DNA of 64,000 nucleotides from Planctomycetota bacterium (GTDB lineage Bacteria > Planctomycetota > PLA2 > JAEUHO01), in NCBI GenBank assembly GCA_050248855.1, contig JBFWRP010000002.1:64001-128000 (forward strand), given 5' to 3'. The notes below the pieces were generated by a model. That model was given only the letters and a program-made list of their open reading frames with translations, had not been told where the DNA came from and did not search any database. Made by a program: the position numbers and the translations under genes. Positions 1-9,168 of the stretch are shown piece after piece. The number at the start of each line of letters is the position of its first letter. Positions within the stretch are counted from its first letter, which is position 1.

Positions 1-1
1 T

Positions 2-1039
2 GGCTCGAAGCGGGGCACGGCGGCACGCCGTCTGAGTCAGATCGAGGCGGCGCTGGCGAAGGACAAGAGTCCCGCCCAGGTGTTGCACGAGGTCTTCGGC
101 GACCCGCTCCCGGCGGGCGACACGTTCAGGGATTGGGCCGATCGATACAAGGCTCGACCCCTGGACGAAGGTCACCAACGCGATCCGGAGCAGGTGCAGA
201 AGGAGAACTGGCGTATCGACCATGTCTGCAAGGCACCGTGGGCCAAGTTGCCGATCGAGGGGATCCAGCGCAAGCAGATCAAGGCATGGCATGAGCGACG
301 GGCCCGTGAAGCGAGCGGACCAACCGCGAACCGTGGACTCGGTGTGGCATCCGTGGTCTTCAAGTACGCCATCGAGTTCGAAGCCATCCACGACAACCCG
401 TGCGAGGGAGTGAGGCGCTACTCCGAGATTGGCCGTGAACGAGATTGCTATCTGACGGCCGACGAGGCCAGGTCACTGGTCTCCTCGTGCAGTGACTGGT
501 TCCGCCCGTTTGTTGTGCTGGCGCTCCACACGGGCATGCGCCGCGGCGAACTGCTGGAACTCCAATGGGATCAGGTGGACTTCCTTCGCGAACGAATCCA
601 GGCTCGCCGTAGGCAGACCCGAACAAAGAAGAAGCGGCTGGTTGGCATGAACTCCTACGCGAGGGATGCTCTTCTGGAGGTGCGGGAGCGGGCCGGGGCG
701 GAGAGCGCGAAGCGCGAGGACCGGGTGTTCCCCTGGTCGTCGTGGCGGGCCCGCGTGGAGTGGGACGCGACCCTCTCCAGGTGCCGCGGGATTCCGGAGG
801 ACAAGAAGGACGAGGTCGTCTTCCACACCTTGCGGCACACGTTCGCCTCCCTGATGGTCCAGGACGGGACGAGCCTGGAGGAACTCATGAAGATCCTCGG
901 CCACTTGCACTTCGTCACGGTCCAGCGCTACGCCAAGTTCAAGCCCGACGTGGGCGTGGCGCCAGTCCGGCGGCTTGAGCGGGTGCTGGGGGATGGGGAG
1001 GCTGGCGGGGAGGGGGCTGGGGCGATTGTGTCTGGCTAG
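2..1039 (+). CDS. Tyrosine recombinase / phage-type integrase (5' end outside the window)
   Basis: Catalytic motifs LALHTGMRRGEL, HTLRHTFAS, LGH and QRYA. The frame is open from position 2, so the gene starts upstream of the window. Confidence 0.95.
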   Translation, partial: GSKRGTAARRLSQIEAALAKDKSPAQVLHEVFGDPLPAGDTFRDWADRYKARPLDEGHQRDPEQVQKENWRIDHVCKAPWAKLPIEGIQRKQIKAWHERRAREASGPTANRGLGVASVVFKYAIEFEAIHDNPCEGVRRYSEIGRERDCYLTADEARSLVSSCSDWFRPFVVLALHTGMRRGELLELQWDQVDFLRERIQARRRQTRTKKKRLVGMNSYARDALLEVRERAGAESAKREDRVFPWSSWRARVEWDATLSRCRGIPEDKKDEVVFHTLRHTFASLMVQDGTSLEELMKILGHLHFVTVQRYAKFKPDVGVAPVRRLERVLGDGEAGGEGAGAIVSG

Positions 1040-1108
1040 GGCAGAGGCGCCTCTGCTACTATCAAGGCGGGCTGCGGCGTTCTTGCCGCCCGCCGCGTGG
1101 AGACAGCG

Positions 1109-1414
1109 ATGGACCATTTCGACAGCAGCGCTCTCGACTCTGACGAATTGGACGCGCTCGGACAGGCTGCCAGCCAAGCGCTTGAGGGGGTGCAGTGCGG
1201 CGTACCCTTTGTCGTTCCTGCTGATGCCGCTGACGGCTACGAGAACCATGTTGAGAAGGCTCGGCGCGTGGCAAGGGCACGGCATGGGGGCAACCTCGGC
1301 CGATCCCCAGTTTGGGTCGGCGATGAGGCGCTTTCCACCTTGAGTGAACTTCTTAGGGCTGCGCCATCTCTGCCGGATCTGTACGAGGCACAGAGGTCGC
1401 TACGTGAGCCTTGA
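1109..1414 (+). CDS. Hypothetical 101-aa protein (possible substrate or partner of the SdpAB-like pair)
   Basis: ATG preceded by GGAG; overlaps the start of the next gene; acidic N-terminus; no family recognised. Confidence 0.6.
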   Translation: MDHFDSSALDSDELDALGQAASQALEGVQCGVPFVVPADAADGYENHVEKARRVARARHGGNLGRSPVWVGDEALSTLSELLRAAPSLPDLYEAQRSLREP

Positions 1415-1901
1415 TCAGTTTGCTTCTTGGGGCTTCGGCCTGTGGTTCGCCTTGAGTGCCGCGAACCAGGTGAAGCCGCTCGCGAGACGCATTCCGATGA
1501 GGCACGCTGTTGCCAACGTACTGCCCAACTGGAAGTTCTTCGCTCCCGAGCCAGGCAGATCTGACAGCAGGCTGGCGTTCCGAGAGTTTGTCGCGGGGGA
1601 GTGGGGAGGTTGGCAGGAGGTCCATCCCGTTGAGCGGTCTAGGTGGCGTCACGTTTGGAATCCCGGCAAGTTTGATTCCAAGGCCATCTCTGACCTTTCG
1701 TCGTGCCTATTGGAAGACGCTGGGACCGTGCCGCCGCAAGCACTTGTCCTGTGCTGGCACTACTTGGCGCTCCTAGAGTTTGTTCAACGGAGTGCCTCGG
1801 GAAGCGCCTCGCAGATCATGTTTGCCTTGCTCGACACGGCTGGATTCAAGGGCGAGCGCAGCCTGCGCCTCAGATTCATCTCCGCAGTGCATCGGGTCTA
1901 G
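1404..1901 (+). CDS. SdpA-like protein
   Basis: N-terminal hydrophobic segment, motif LPNWKFFAPEP and WNP; lies directly upstream of an SdpB/HTTM-like gene. GTG start with GAGG RBS. Confidence 0.65.
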   Translation: MSLDQFASWGFGLWFALSAANQVKPLARRIPMRHAVANVLPNWKFFAPEPGRSDSRLAFREFVAGEWGGWQEVHPVERSRWRHVWNPGKFDSKAISDLSSCLLEDAGTVPPQALVLCWHYLALLEFVQRSASGSASQIMFALLDTAGFKGERSLRLRFISAVHRV

Positions 1902-1906
1902 GCAGC

Positions 1907-2689
1907 ATGACTCCCCAGGGTGCGATCCAGATCGCCTTGATCCTATGCAGCGTCTGGCATGCTCATCACGCGCTGGAACTCCTGATTGCCCGGCGACTGG
2001 GGCACTTGGCTATGCTGGAGATCGTCAACTTGCGGAGTCCCGCGGAGAACCGGATCGTCGGAGTCACGCGGACACAGGCTGTCTTCTGTGCGCTGACTTG
2101 GGCGCGATTGGCTGCCGCAGCCAATTGCCTCGTGGCGGTGGCTGTCGGATGGGATGAGTGGCCTGCCGTGCCGTTGTTGGCAGCCTCGGCGCTGTACTTC
2201 GCGTGGGTTCGTCAGGTGGGCGGTGATGGCGCTGAGGAAATGGCGCTCCTTGTCACCTTGGCCATTCTGGCGTGTACAGGTCCTCTTTCTTCTCCGTCAA
2301 CGGCCCTGGCCGCCAACTACTTCATTGCGGGCCAGTGCCTCCTCGCGTACTTCGTCGCGGGGGTGGCGAAACTCGGTTCAATGACCTGGCTCTCCGGGGA
2401 GGCACTTGGACTGGTAACCCAGACGGAGACCTACGGGCACCCTGCGGTCAATCGACTGATAAGAGCGAGGCCTCTCGTAGGTCGCATTGCTACCTGGTCC
2501 GCGCTCCTATTTGAAGTGACTACACCGCCAGCGGTCTTGTTCTCGCCAAGTGCAGCGTACGTGCTTGTGGCTGTCGGGGCAGTGTTTCACGTGACCTGTG
2601 CCTACGTAATGGGCCTAAACGGGTTCCTGCTCGCCTTTGCTTCCGCCTATCCGTCCGTGCTGGCAGCGTCATCCAACTGGCATTCCTGA
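1907..2689 (+). CDS. SdpB-like HTTM-domain membrane protein
   Basis: Multi-TM protein with motifs GGDGAEEM, YFVAGVAKL, W.SGEAL, LFE and FH...MGLNGF typical of the HTTM/SdpB family. Confidence 0.75.
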   Translation: MTPQGAIQIALILCSVWHAHHALELLIARRLGHLAMLEIVNLRSPAENRIVGVTRTQAVFCALTWARLAAAANCLVAVAVGWDEWPAVPLLAASALYFAWVRQVGGDGAEEMALLVTLAILACTGPLSSPSTALAANYFIAGQCLLAYFVAGVAKLGSMTWLSGEALGLVTQTETYGHPAVNRLIRARPLVGRIATWSALLFEVTTPPAVLFSPSAAYVLVAVGAVFHVTCAYVMGLNGFLLAFASAYPSVLAASSNWHS

Positions 2690-2840
2690 TGGGGGTCGAG
2701 GGGGTCGGTTTTTTTCAGTTCGATGGTTGGTGGGGGCTCAGCGTGCGGAGAGTCACCGCTCATCCCTACATCAGCCCCCGGCCAGATGAACACTTGGGTT
2801 CGTTCACTGCACGGGCAGGCGATCTGCGCACGTCTGGCAA

Positions 2841-2860
2841 TGGCCCCGCATTTGGCCCCG
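2841..2860 (+). repeat. Direct repeat TGGCCCCG x2, candidate integrase arm-type site
   Basis: tggccccg-catt-tggccccg about 65 bp before the att core. Confidence 0.4.
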
Positions 2861-2923
2861 GTGATCAGCACGGATCGACGTAAGTCACGTCATTCCTCAT
2901 GGTTGCGTCTTCCGGTCTTGAGC

Positions 2924-2989
2924 CTTCAAAACCGCTGTGCCCCTGGGCAACCTTGGGCAGGAGGGTTCGATTCCCTTGCTCTCCCGCCA
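2924..2989 (+). tRNA. selC: 3' fragment of tRNA-Sec (UCA), serving as att site
   Basis: Anticodon loop CTTCAAA, long variable arm (TGCCC...GGGCA), T-arm GAGGG-TTCGATT-CCCTT, 8-nt acceptor 3' strand GCTCTCCC, discriminator G and CCA. The complementary 5' half (GGGAGAGC...) is absent upstream. Confidence 0.88.
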
Positions 2990-3062
2990 TCCACGTTCAG
3001 GGCCTTCCTGCGCTTCGCGTGCATGACGTCAGCGGGCGACGCGGCGCCTCGGGCTGCTGGCA

Positions 3063-4172
3063 TCAGGTAGAGGGTGTTGGGGAGCAGCCGCAGGCGTCGG
3101 GGCGGCAGACGCGACAGACGCTGCGGGTGCAGGTGGGGCAGCGCGCGGAGCAGGTGGCGCAGGTCACGTGCCCGTGGGTGTCGCAAATGGAGACGGCCAG
3201 CGTGCCCGTGCCGCAGGCGGCGCAGGCCGGCCCGAGGAAGTCGCCGAGCACCGGGTCCCATTGGACGTCGAGGTCGAGCTCGCGCTGGCGGCGGCGTACG
3301 CGGAAGCGGCAGCGCACGATCTCGTAGTCGATGACGATTGCACTCGCGAGCCAGAACGTGGCCGCCACCGCGTGGCGTTCGGCGAGGTCGTCCAGGCGCT
3401 CGGCGCGCTGGCGGAGCACCGCCTCGCGCTTGGCGCGGATCGCCTCGCCGTACCCCATCCCGCGGCGCCGGCGGCCGGCCTCCTTCACGAGGCGGTCGTA
3501 GTAGGCGAGGATCCGCTCGCGCTCGGCTTCGAGGCGCGAGCGGCAGGTCGTACGGAACGCGTCAAGCCGCGCGGTCACCTCGGCGTGGACCACGCCCTCG
3601 GCGCGCCGCGCCGAGGCCGCGATCGCGTCCTCGCCGAGTGCGAGGGCGACGGGGGTCGCGCTGCCCAGCACGTCCGTGAGCGCATCGGCCAGGGCTGTCG
3701 AGGGTGCGGCACCCAACCCCGGATCGGCGACGCGCACACGGCCGTCGGTGCGCTCCTCCGAGCGCGCCTCGTAGGCGAACTCGAGCAGGATGCGCGGCAC
3801 GGTGGCGGTCGTGACCGTGGCGTCCGCCTCGGTGGCGTTGAGCAGGTGCAGGCGCTGGCGCGCCTTCTCCAGGCGGCCCGTGGCATGGCGCGCGGGCGCG
3901 GGGAGCCGCGCCGCAGCGCGGCGGCCGCGGCCGCGTACGCGCTCGATGAGCCACTGCATGCCCGCGCCCTCGAACGGGAACGGCGTGTGGTCGGGCGACG
4001 GCGCGGAAGACAGGTCCAGTGTTGCGGCCGGGGGCAGGTCCAGGTCCGCGCGCATCGCGCCCGGCAGCACGGCGAACACCGCCTGGTCGCCGACACGCTC
4101 CACGGCGGCGCCCTCGCGCTCGAGCGCTTCGAGGACGAAGGGAACGATCGCGTCGGTCGTCGCGGCGCTCAT
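3063..4172 (-). CDS. YqhG-like protein with C-terminal multi-CxxC Zn-finger region
   Basis: ATG overlaps the helicase stop (ATGA); coiled-coil segment ERERILAYY; C-terminal CAAC, CATC, CPTC and CRVC motifs. Confidence 0.75.
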   Translation of the reverse strand: MSAATTDAIVPFVLEALEREGAAVERVGDQAVFAVLPGAMRADLDLPPAATLDLSSAPSPDHTPFPFEGAGMQWLIERVRGRGRRAAARLPAPARHATGRLEKARQRLHLLNATEADATVTTATVPRILLEFAYEARSEERTDGRVRVADPGLGAAPSTALADALTDVLGSATPVALALGEDAIAASARRAEGVVHAEVTARLDAFRTTCRSRLEAERERILAYYDRLVKEAGRRRRGMGYGEAIRAKREAVLRQRAERLDDLAERHAVAATFWLASAIVIDYEIVRCRFRVRRRQRELDLDVQWDPVLGDFLGPACAACGTGTLAVSICDTHGHVTCATCSARCPTCTRSVCRVCRPDACGCSPTPST

Positions 4173-6343
4173 GCTTCGAGGTCCCTTCCGAAGACCTGGT
4201 TCTCGAACGCGATCGTCTCCAGGTGCCGACGGCGGGCGTCGAGCATCGTCTCGGCCAGGGCGTCGAAGCGCGCGCGCATGGCGGTCGCATCGCCGGTCTC
4301 GGCGTAGATGTCGAGCACGAGGTCGGAGAACTCGCGCTCGTCGTCGCCCAGGCGTCCGAGGATCGCCTCGACCTCGCCGACGACGAGCTCGAACATGTCG
4401 ATCTTCTCGTCCAGGACGCGGAGGATCTCCTCCTCGATGGTCCCGTCGGCCACGAGGTTGAACACGAACACGTCGCGCTCCTGTCCGATGCGGTGGACGC
4501 GGCCGATGCGCTGCTCGATGCGCATCGGGTTCCAGGGCAGGTCGTAGTTGACGACCGTGCGCGCGAAGTGGAGATTGAAGCCTTCGCCGCCGGAGTCGGT
4601 CGCGACGAGGACGTTCGCGTGGTCGCGGAACGCCGTGACCTTGGCCGCCTTCTCGGCCGCCGACAGCGAGCCGTGGAAGACGACCGGCCGGCGGCCTGCC
4701 TCCGTCACGACCTCGGCGAGATGGTCCACGCTGTCGCGGTGCGAGGCGAACACGATCACCTTGTCGTCTTCGGAACGGCGCAGGAGGTCGGCCAGCAGCG
4801 CGTCCTTGGACGAGCGTCGCAGCTCGCGCGCCTGCTCGCCCAAGACGACGCCCAGATGGCGTTCGACCAGGCGGGCGGCTGCCGGCGGCCGCGCGCCGGC
4901 GGCCCGCAGCAGCTCGCCGACGAGCGCGCGCGAGAGCGACCCTTCGGCGAGGCGCTCGCGGATGGCGGCGTCCAGGTTCGTACGGAAGGCCCGTTCCTCG
5001 TCGGTCGAGGTCGCCCGCAACGTCGTTGCGAAGCGCGGCGGCAGCCGGGCGTCGGCGACCGCGCGGGTGTTGCGGATCATCACCTGCCGCAGCAGCGCGC
5101 GCAGCGCGACCGGGTCCTTGGGCGTGCGCCGGCCGGCTGCGACGAACCGGCGCTTGAAGTCGGCCTGCGTCGAGAACAGGCCCGGGCGCAGCAGCGAGAG
5201 CACGTTGTAGATCTCGAGCAGGTCGTTCTCGACCGGCGTCGCCGAGAGCAGCAGGAGGTAGCGCGCGCGGATGCGGTCCACGAGCTGCCACAGGAGCGTG
5301 CGCTCGTTCTTGAGGCGGTGCGCCTCGTCCACCACGACCATGTCGAAGCCGGACTCCGCGATCCGCTGGGCGTGGGGCTGCGAGCGCGCGAGCGCCATCG
5401 AGGTCAGCACGAGCGGCGCCTGGCGCCAGACCTCGGGGTCGCGGCGGGCCTCGGCACCCGTCACGACCCGGGCCTCGCGCCCGAACTTGCCTGCGAGCTC
5501 GTCGCGCCACTGCTCGACGAGCCCGGGCGGCACGAGCAGCAGTGCGCGTCGCGCCAGGCCGCGTTGGAAGTACTCCTCCAGGCACAGGCAGGCCTCGACC
5601 GTCTTGCCGAGACCGACCTCGTCGGCCAGGAGCGCGCGGCCGTGGAAGTCGCGCAGGACCCGGCGCACCGTGCGCAGCTGGTACTCGTAGTGGTCGACGC
5701 CGCGCGCGGCGGCCAGCGAGAGCAGGGTGTCGTAGCGTCGCAGCTGGTCGATCTCGACGGCGACGGCGCGGCGGCGGTAGTCCGCCAGGGCCGTGGACGC
5801 GTCGGCGGGCGCGGTGTCGGGCTCCGCGGGTGGCTCGGCGCGGACGAGCGCGAACCGCAGCGGCACCTCCGGGCCGTCCACCGGCGCCGGGGCCGCGGAT
5901 GGGTGGGCGGCCTGCTTCGCGGGCGGCCTGGCGCGCGTCGGGCGCGCCTGCGTGCGGCGCCGGTGCTGCTTGGTGCGCTCGGCGTGCTCGCGCTTCAGCG
6001 CGGCCACGCCCTTCTGGGCATCGAGCAGGACCTGCTTCATGACCCAGCGGCTGCGCGAGGCATGCAGCTGGGCGCGCGTGAGCATCTCGCGGGCCTCGTC
6101 GAAGCGCTCCGTTCCCGCCAAGGCCCAGCCCCGCGCCGCGTACCAGAACGCGTCGTTGCCCGTCTCCGGTTCGAGCTCGTCCAAGAGCTCCATCGCCGCC
6201 GCGAACTCGCGGAGCGCGAGCCGTACGCGCACGTCGCCAAGGCGGACGTGGAGGCGGAGGGGCCCGGGCTCGTCCGCTGCGGTGGAGAACAGCTCCTCCG
6301 GCACCTGCACCGGGCCGGTCCGGTCTCTGGGCGATGTCGTCAC
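4169..6343 (-). CDS. SNF2/RapA-like helicase (YqhH-like)
   Basis: LLADEVGLGKT, VVDEAH, LLSATP, GGEGFNL, NYDLPWNPMRIEQRIGRVHRIGQ. GTG start with GAGG RBS. Confidence 0.92.
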   Translation of the reverse strand: MTTSPRDRTGPVQVPEELFSTAADEPGPLRLHVRLGDVRVRLALREFAAAMELLDELEPETGNDAFWYAARGWALAGTERFDEAREMLTRAQLHASRSRWVMKQVLLDAQKGVAALKREHAERTKQHRRRTQARPTRARPPAKQAAHPSAAPAPVDGPEVPLRFALVRAEPPAEPDTAPADASTALADYRRRAVAVEIDQLRRYDTLLSLAAARGVDHYEYQLRTVRRVLRDFHGRALLADEVGLGKTVEACLCLEEYFQRGLARRALLLVPPGLVEQWRDELAGKFGREARVVTGAEARRDPEVWRQAPLVLTSMALARSQPHAQRIAESGFDMVVVDEAHRLKNERTLLWQLVDRIRARYLLLLSATPVENDLLEIYNVLSLLRPGLFSTQADFKRRFVAAGRRTPKDPVALRALLRQVMIRNTRAVADARLPPRFATTLRATSTDEERAFRTNLDAAIRERLAEGSLSRALVGELLRAAGARPPAAARLVERHLGVVLGEQARELRRSSKDALLADLLRRSEDDKVIVFASHRDSVDHLAEVVTEAGRRPVVFHGSLSAAEKAAKVTAFRDHANVLVATDSGGEGFNLHFARTVVNYDLPWNPMRIEQRIGRVHRIGQERDVFVFNLVADGTIEEEILRVLDEKIDMFELVVGEVEAILGRLGDDEREFSDLVLDIYAETGDATAMRARFDALAETMLDARRRHLETIAFENQVFGRDLEA

Positions 6344-6533
6344 GTCGAAGCGTCCTCGGGCGGTCTGGCCGTCGGCTTGGGGGGAGGCTACTCCGCCCCG
6401 CGGACAGTCCCGCGCTGCGGCGCGGCGCCGGGATGGAGGGCGGGGAGGATCGCGGCGGCAGGCCCAGCGTTCAGCCCTCTGGCCGTGCTGCGTCCCCCCT
6501 CCGCGCGCAGCGCGGCACCAGTTGACTGGGTCG

Positions 6534-7202
6534 GTGCAGGGCACCCACCTCGGCGGCTACCGGATCTTGTCCTCCCCGGGGTCGGGCGGCATGGGCGAGG
6601 TGTTCCTGGCGGAGTGCGTCGAGTCGCACGTCGGGCTGGTCAGCCTCGGCCATCTCTGGAGCAACGTCGGCCAGCCCGAACACGCGCGGGAGTGCCTCGA
6701 GCGGTCGCTGGCGATCTGCCGCAAGATCTCCGCGCCCTACCCGGAGGGCTACGCACTGCTCGGGCTCGCGTGGGCCGCCGAGGCGGACGGGCGTCCCGAT
6801 GAGGCGCGGGCGCTGCTCGAGAAAGCGCTTGGCCACCACCGCCAGCTGGGGCGTGCGAGCCGTGCCGAGTTCGCCCTGGCGCTGCTCGCCACCCTGCCGC
6901 GTGGGGACCCCGGCGCGGCCGAAGCGGCTGTCGCCGAGCAGGGTCGCGCGGACATGCAGCCCAGGCTCCCCTTCGTCCTCTGGCAGGCCACCGGCAAGCG
7001 CGAGTACTTGGTGGCCGCGCGGCGACTCCTCGACAGCCGCGTCGAGAGCGCACCCGAGGCGTATCGCCACTCGATGCGCGAGAACGTCAAGGCCCATCGC
7101 GGGATCCTGGCGGCGTCCGCTGCGCTCGAGACCCCGAGCGGGGACCCGACGTCGCCCGTCTCCGGAACCTCTCACCTCCCGCTCCAAGGGCCCGACCGGT
7201 AA
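6534..7202 (+). pseudogene. Internally deleted Ser/Thr kinase-TPR gene (kinase subdomain I joined to a TPR tail)
   Basis: LGGYRILSSPGSGGMGEVFLAE is followed immediately by TPR-like helices (HARECLERSLAICRKI); no VAxK, HRD or DFG motifs. Confidence 0.65.
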
Positions 7203-7361
7203 CGAGCTCCAGAAGCGCGGGTTGGTTCGTCGTGTCGGCGGCAAGGCACGTGCGCAGCGAGCGAGATGCGCTGGCACGCCCGTAGGCCCGATCCGTGCGC
7301 CCCGCGGCGCTCGCGTCGGCGTCGGCCGACTGACTCGCGGCGGGGTCCTTCGGAACGCAGC

Positions 7362-8846
7362 CTAGGGAACGATGAACGTGACGTCCTCGACCTGGTCGGT
7401 TGCCGGGTCCGGATCGTCATCGCCGACCACCGTGATCGCGGTGTCGACGTCCACGCCCATCCCGTCGGAGACCCGGAGGGTGTGCATTCCGCTCGGAACG
7501 CCGACGAGGGTGTAGGCGCCGTCGATGTCCGTCGTGACGGGGCCGACGATGACCATCCCGTTGGCGTCGATGACCGACACCAGGAGGTCGGGTACCGGCA
7601 GCGGAACCGAGTCGGTCACCGTGCCCACGATCGTCTGGAGCAGGGGCGTGAGAACGAACGCCTCGCCGGCGCCCGGTGTACCGGGCAGGACGGACATGAC
7701 CTCCGTCCGTGTCTCCGTGATCCAACCGACCTTCGAGACGGTGATGTCGTACGTGCCAGGCGCCAGGTTGGCGAACAAGAAGGCGCCGTTCGCATCCGTC
7801 GTCGTCTGGGCGACGACGATCTCGTCGGGGTCCTCGCTGGCGACGATCGACACGTCGGCGCCTTCGATGTTGGTGTCGTCGGTCATGTCCGCGGCCAGCA
7901 GACCGTCCGACGTGACGACGCCGGCGATCTCCGTATCGGCCGCCAGCGTGATCGTGCCGGCGTCCGTCAGGTTGGCCACGACCACGACCACGTCGGTGGT
8001 CTCGCCGGGCTCATGCGACGCCGCCTCGGCGCGCAACGTGTAGGTCCCGGGAAGGACCGACAGCTGCGCCACGCCCAGGGCATCGGTGGGTCCCGTGGCC
8101 TGCTCGACGTCCGCCTCGTCGAACAGCTTCACGGTCGCGCCCTCGATCGGCACGTCATCCGACGTGTCGTCCGGCGTCGCGTTGTCGCTCAGCACCTGGA
8201 CCGTGACACTGCCGTTCGTGGAGACGTTCACGGCGCGGACAACCGGCGTGAACAGCACGCGCCGTACACCAGGCGCGTGCGAAACCGGCCCGTTGAACAC
8301 GAAGTTCTTGTCCAAGGGGAAATCGAGCATCAAGTCGCCGGACAGCTCGGTCGTGACCACGATGGCGTTGGAGATGTTGACCTTGATGCCGGTTTGGGCG
8401 CCGCTGGGGAAGAGGAGATCTCCCCCCGCGCTGTCGAATACGTGGTCGTCCTGGACAACGGCGTCGGGCTCGAGCACGACCTCGCCCGCATCCACGATCA
8501 ACCGCACCTGGTCGTAGGTTCCAGGCTCGATCGGAACCTCGACGAGCAGCTCGGCCACACCGTTGGACAGCGGGACGAGGTCGATCGTGCGGGAGCCGCT
8601 GAACACCACCTCCCAGCGGTCGTCATCCCGGTCCCGGACTTGCACCTCCCGAATCACCACGGAAGCCGACTGGACGAAGTCGAAGGGGAACGGCGCGTCG
8701 GTCACGGAGATGCGCAGCTTGCCGCCTGTCAGGACAGCCGAGCCGTCGGCGCCCACGCTGCCGGTCCCGCCCGTGCCACAGGCGGGAAGGGCCACGGCGG
8801 CCACGGCGAGGCACATCACCGCTGCGAGGAACTGTGTGGTCTTCAT
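7362..8846 (-). CDS. DUF4382-domain lipoprotein with carboxypeptidase-regulatory-like repeats
   Basis: Lipobox LPAC; LRISVTDAP, PGTYDQVRL, PSGAQTGIKV; repeated TDANGAF/PGTY beta-sandwich units. GGAGG RBS. Confidence 0.85.
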   Translation of the reverse strand: MKTTQFLAAVMCLAVAAVALPACGTGGTGSVGADGSAVLTGGKLRISVTDAPFPFDFVQSASVVIREVQVRDRDDDRWEVVFSGSRTIDLVPLSNGVAELLVEVPIEPGTYDQVRLIVDAGEVVLEPDAVVQDDHVFDSAGGDLLFPSGAQTGIKVNISNAIVVTTELSGDLMLDFPLDKNFVFNGPVSHAPGVRRVLFTPVVRAVNVSTNGSVTVQVLSDNATPDDTSDDVPIEGATVKLFDEADVEQATGPTDALGVAQLSVLPGTYTLRAEAASHEPGETTDVVVVVANLTDAGTITLAADTEIAGVVTSDGLLAADMTDDTNIEGADVSIVASEDPDEIVVAQTTTDANGAFLFANLAPGTYDITVSKVGWITETRTEVMSVLPGTPGAGEAFVLTPLLQTIVGTVTDSVPLPVPDLLVSVIDANGMVIVGPVTTDIDGAYTLVGVPSGMHTLRVSDGMGVDVDTAITVVGDDDPDPATDQVEDVTFIVP

Positions 8847-8932
8847 GGAACCTCCAGGGTCGACGGGGCGCTGAGGGCGCCTCGTACATGGCCTGTCGCC
8901 AGGGGCGCGGCGTCTCCGGGGGACCATGCGCA

Positions 8933-8947
8933 GCAAGTCGGAGGCCG
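8933..8947 (-). promoter_or_regulatory. Candidate sigma-54 promoter of the DUF4382 gene
   Basis: Minus strand CGGCCTCCGACTTGC (GG-N10-GC with TTGC). Confidence 0.35.
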
Positions 8948-9168
8948 TTCGGCGGAGGCCCAGGCTCGTGGCGCTCGGGGGCGCATCGGACGCGGTCGGG
9001 GTGCCAGGCAGCGCCGGGCGTGCCCTGGGCATACGCCGGGCCCGTGGAGTTTCGGGCCGATGGGCGCTTGGCGCACGCCGGTCCAGACGTGCGACGAGGG
9101 GGTCCGTGGAGGGGCGACGGCCTGGGCGGGCACCCGGCCGGCGCGGCCGACTCGATCGTGCCGCGGTC

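Larger units (their letters stand above)
1..2989. mobile_element. Right end of a genomic island/prophage integrated at tRNA-Sec
   Basis: Integrase, visibly more AT-rich cargo genes (1040-2900), and a 3'-only tRNA-Sec fragment at 2924-2989, after which host-like high-GC genes resume. Confidence 0.85.

Noticed and set aside
2689..2720. G-run/T-run motif as a phage cos-like site or terminator
   Set aside because: No stem before the T-run and no terminase gene in the window, so it cannot be supported.
2890..2989. Complete tRNA-Sec gene
   Set aside because: No 5' acceptor strand or D-arm, and the bases directly before the anticodon loop do not pair with ACCG; only the 3' part is present.
4173..5585. 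840-aa version of the YqhG-like ORF
   Set aside because: The upstream part overlaps the helicase in another frame and is low-complexity; the ATGA coupling marks 4172 as the start.
4019..6802. 927-aa plus-strand ORF, and similar long ORFs such as 7266-9242, 9860-12868, 19533-21968 and 29135-30634
   Set aside because: Antisense shadows of well-supported genes, expected in high-GC DNA; no recognisable motifs.
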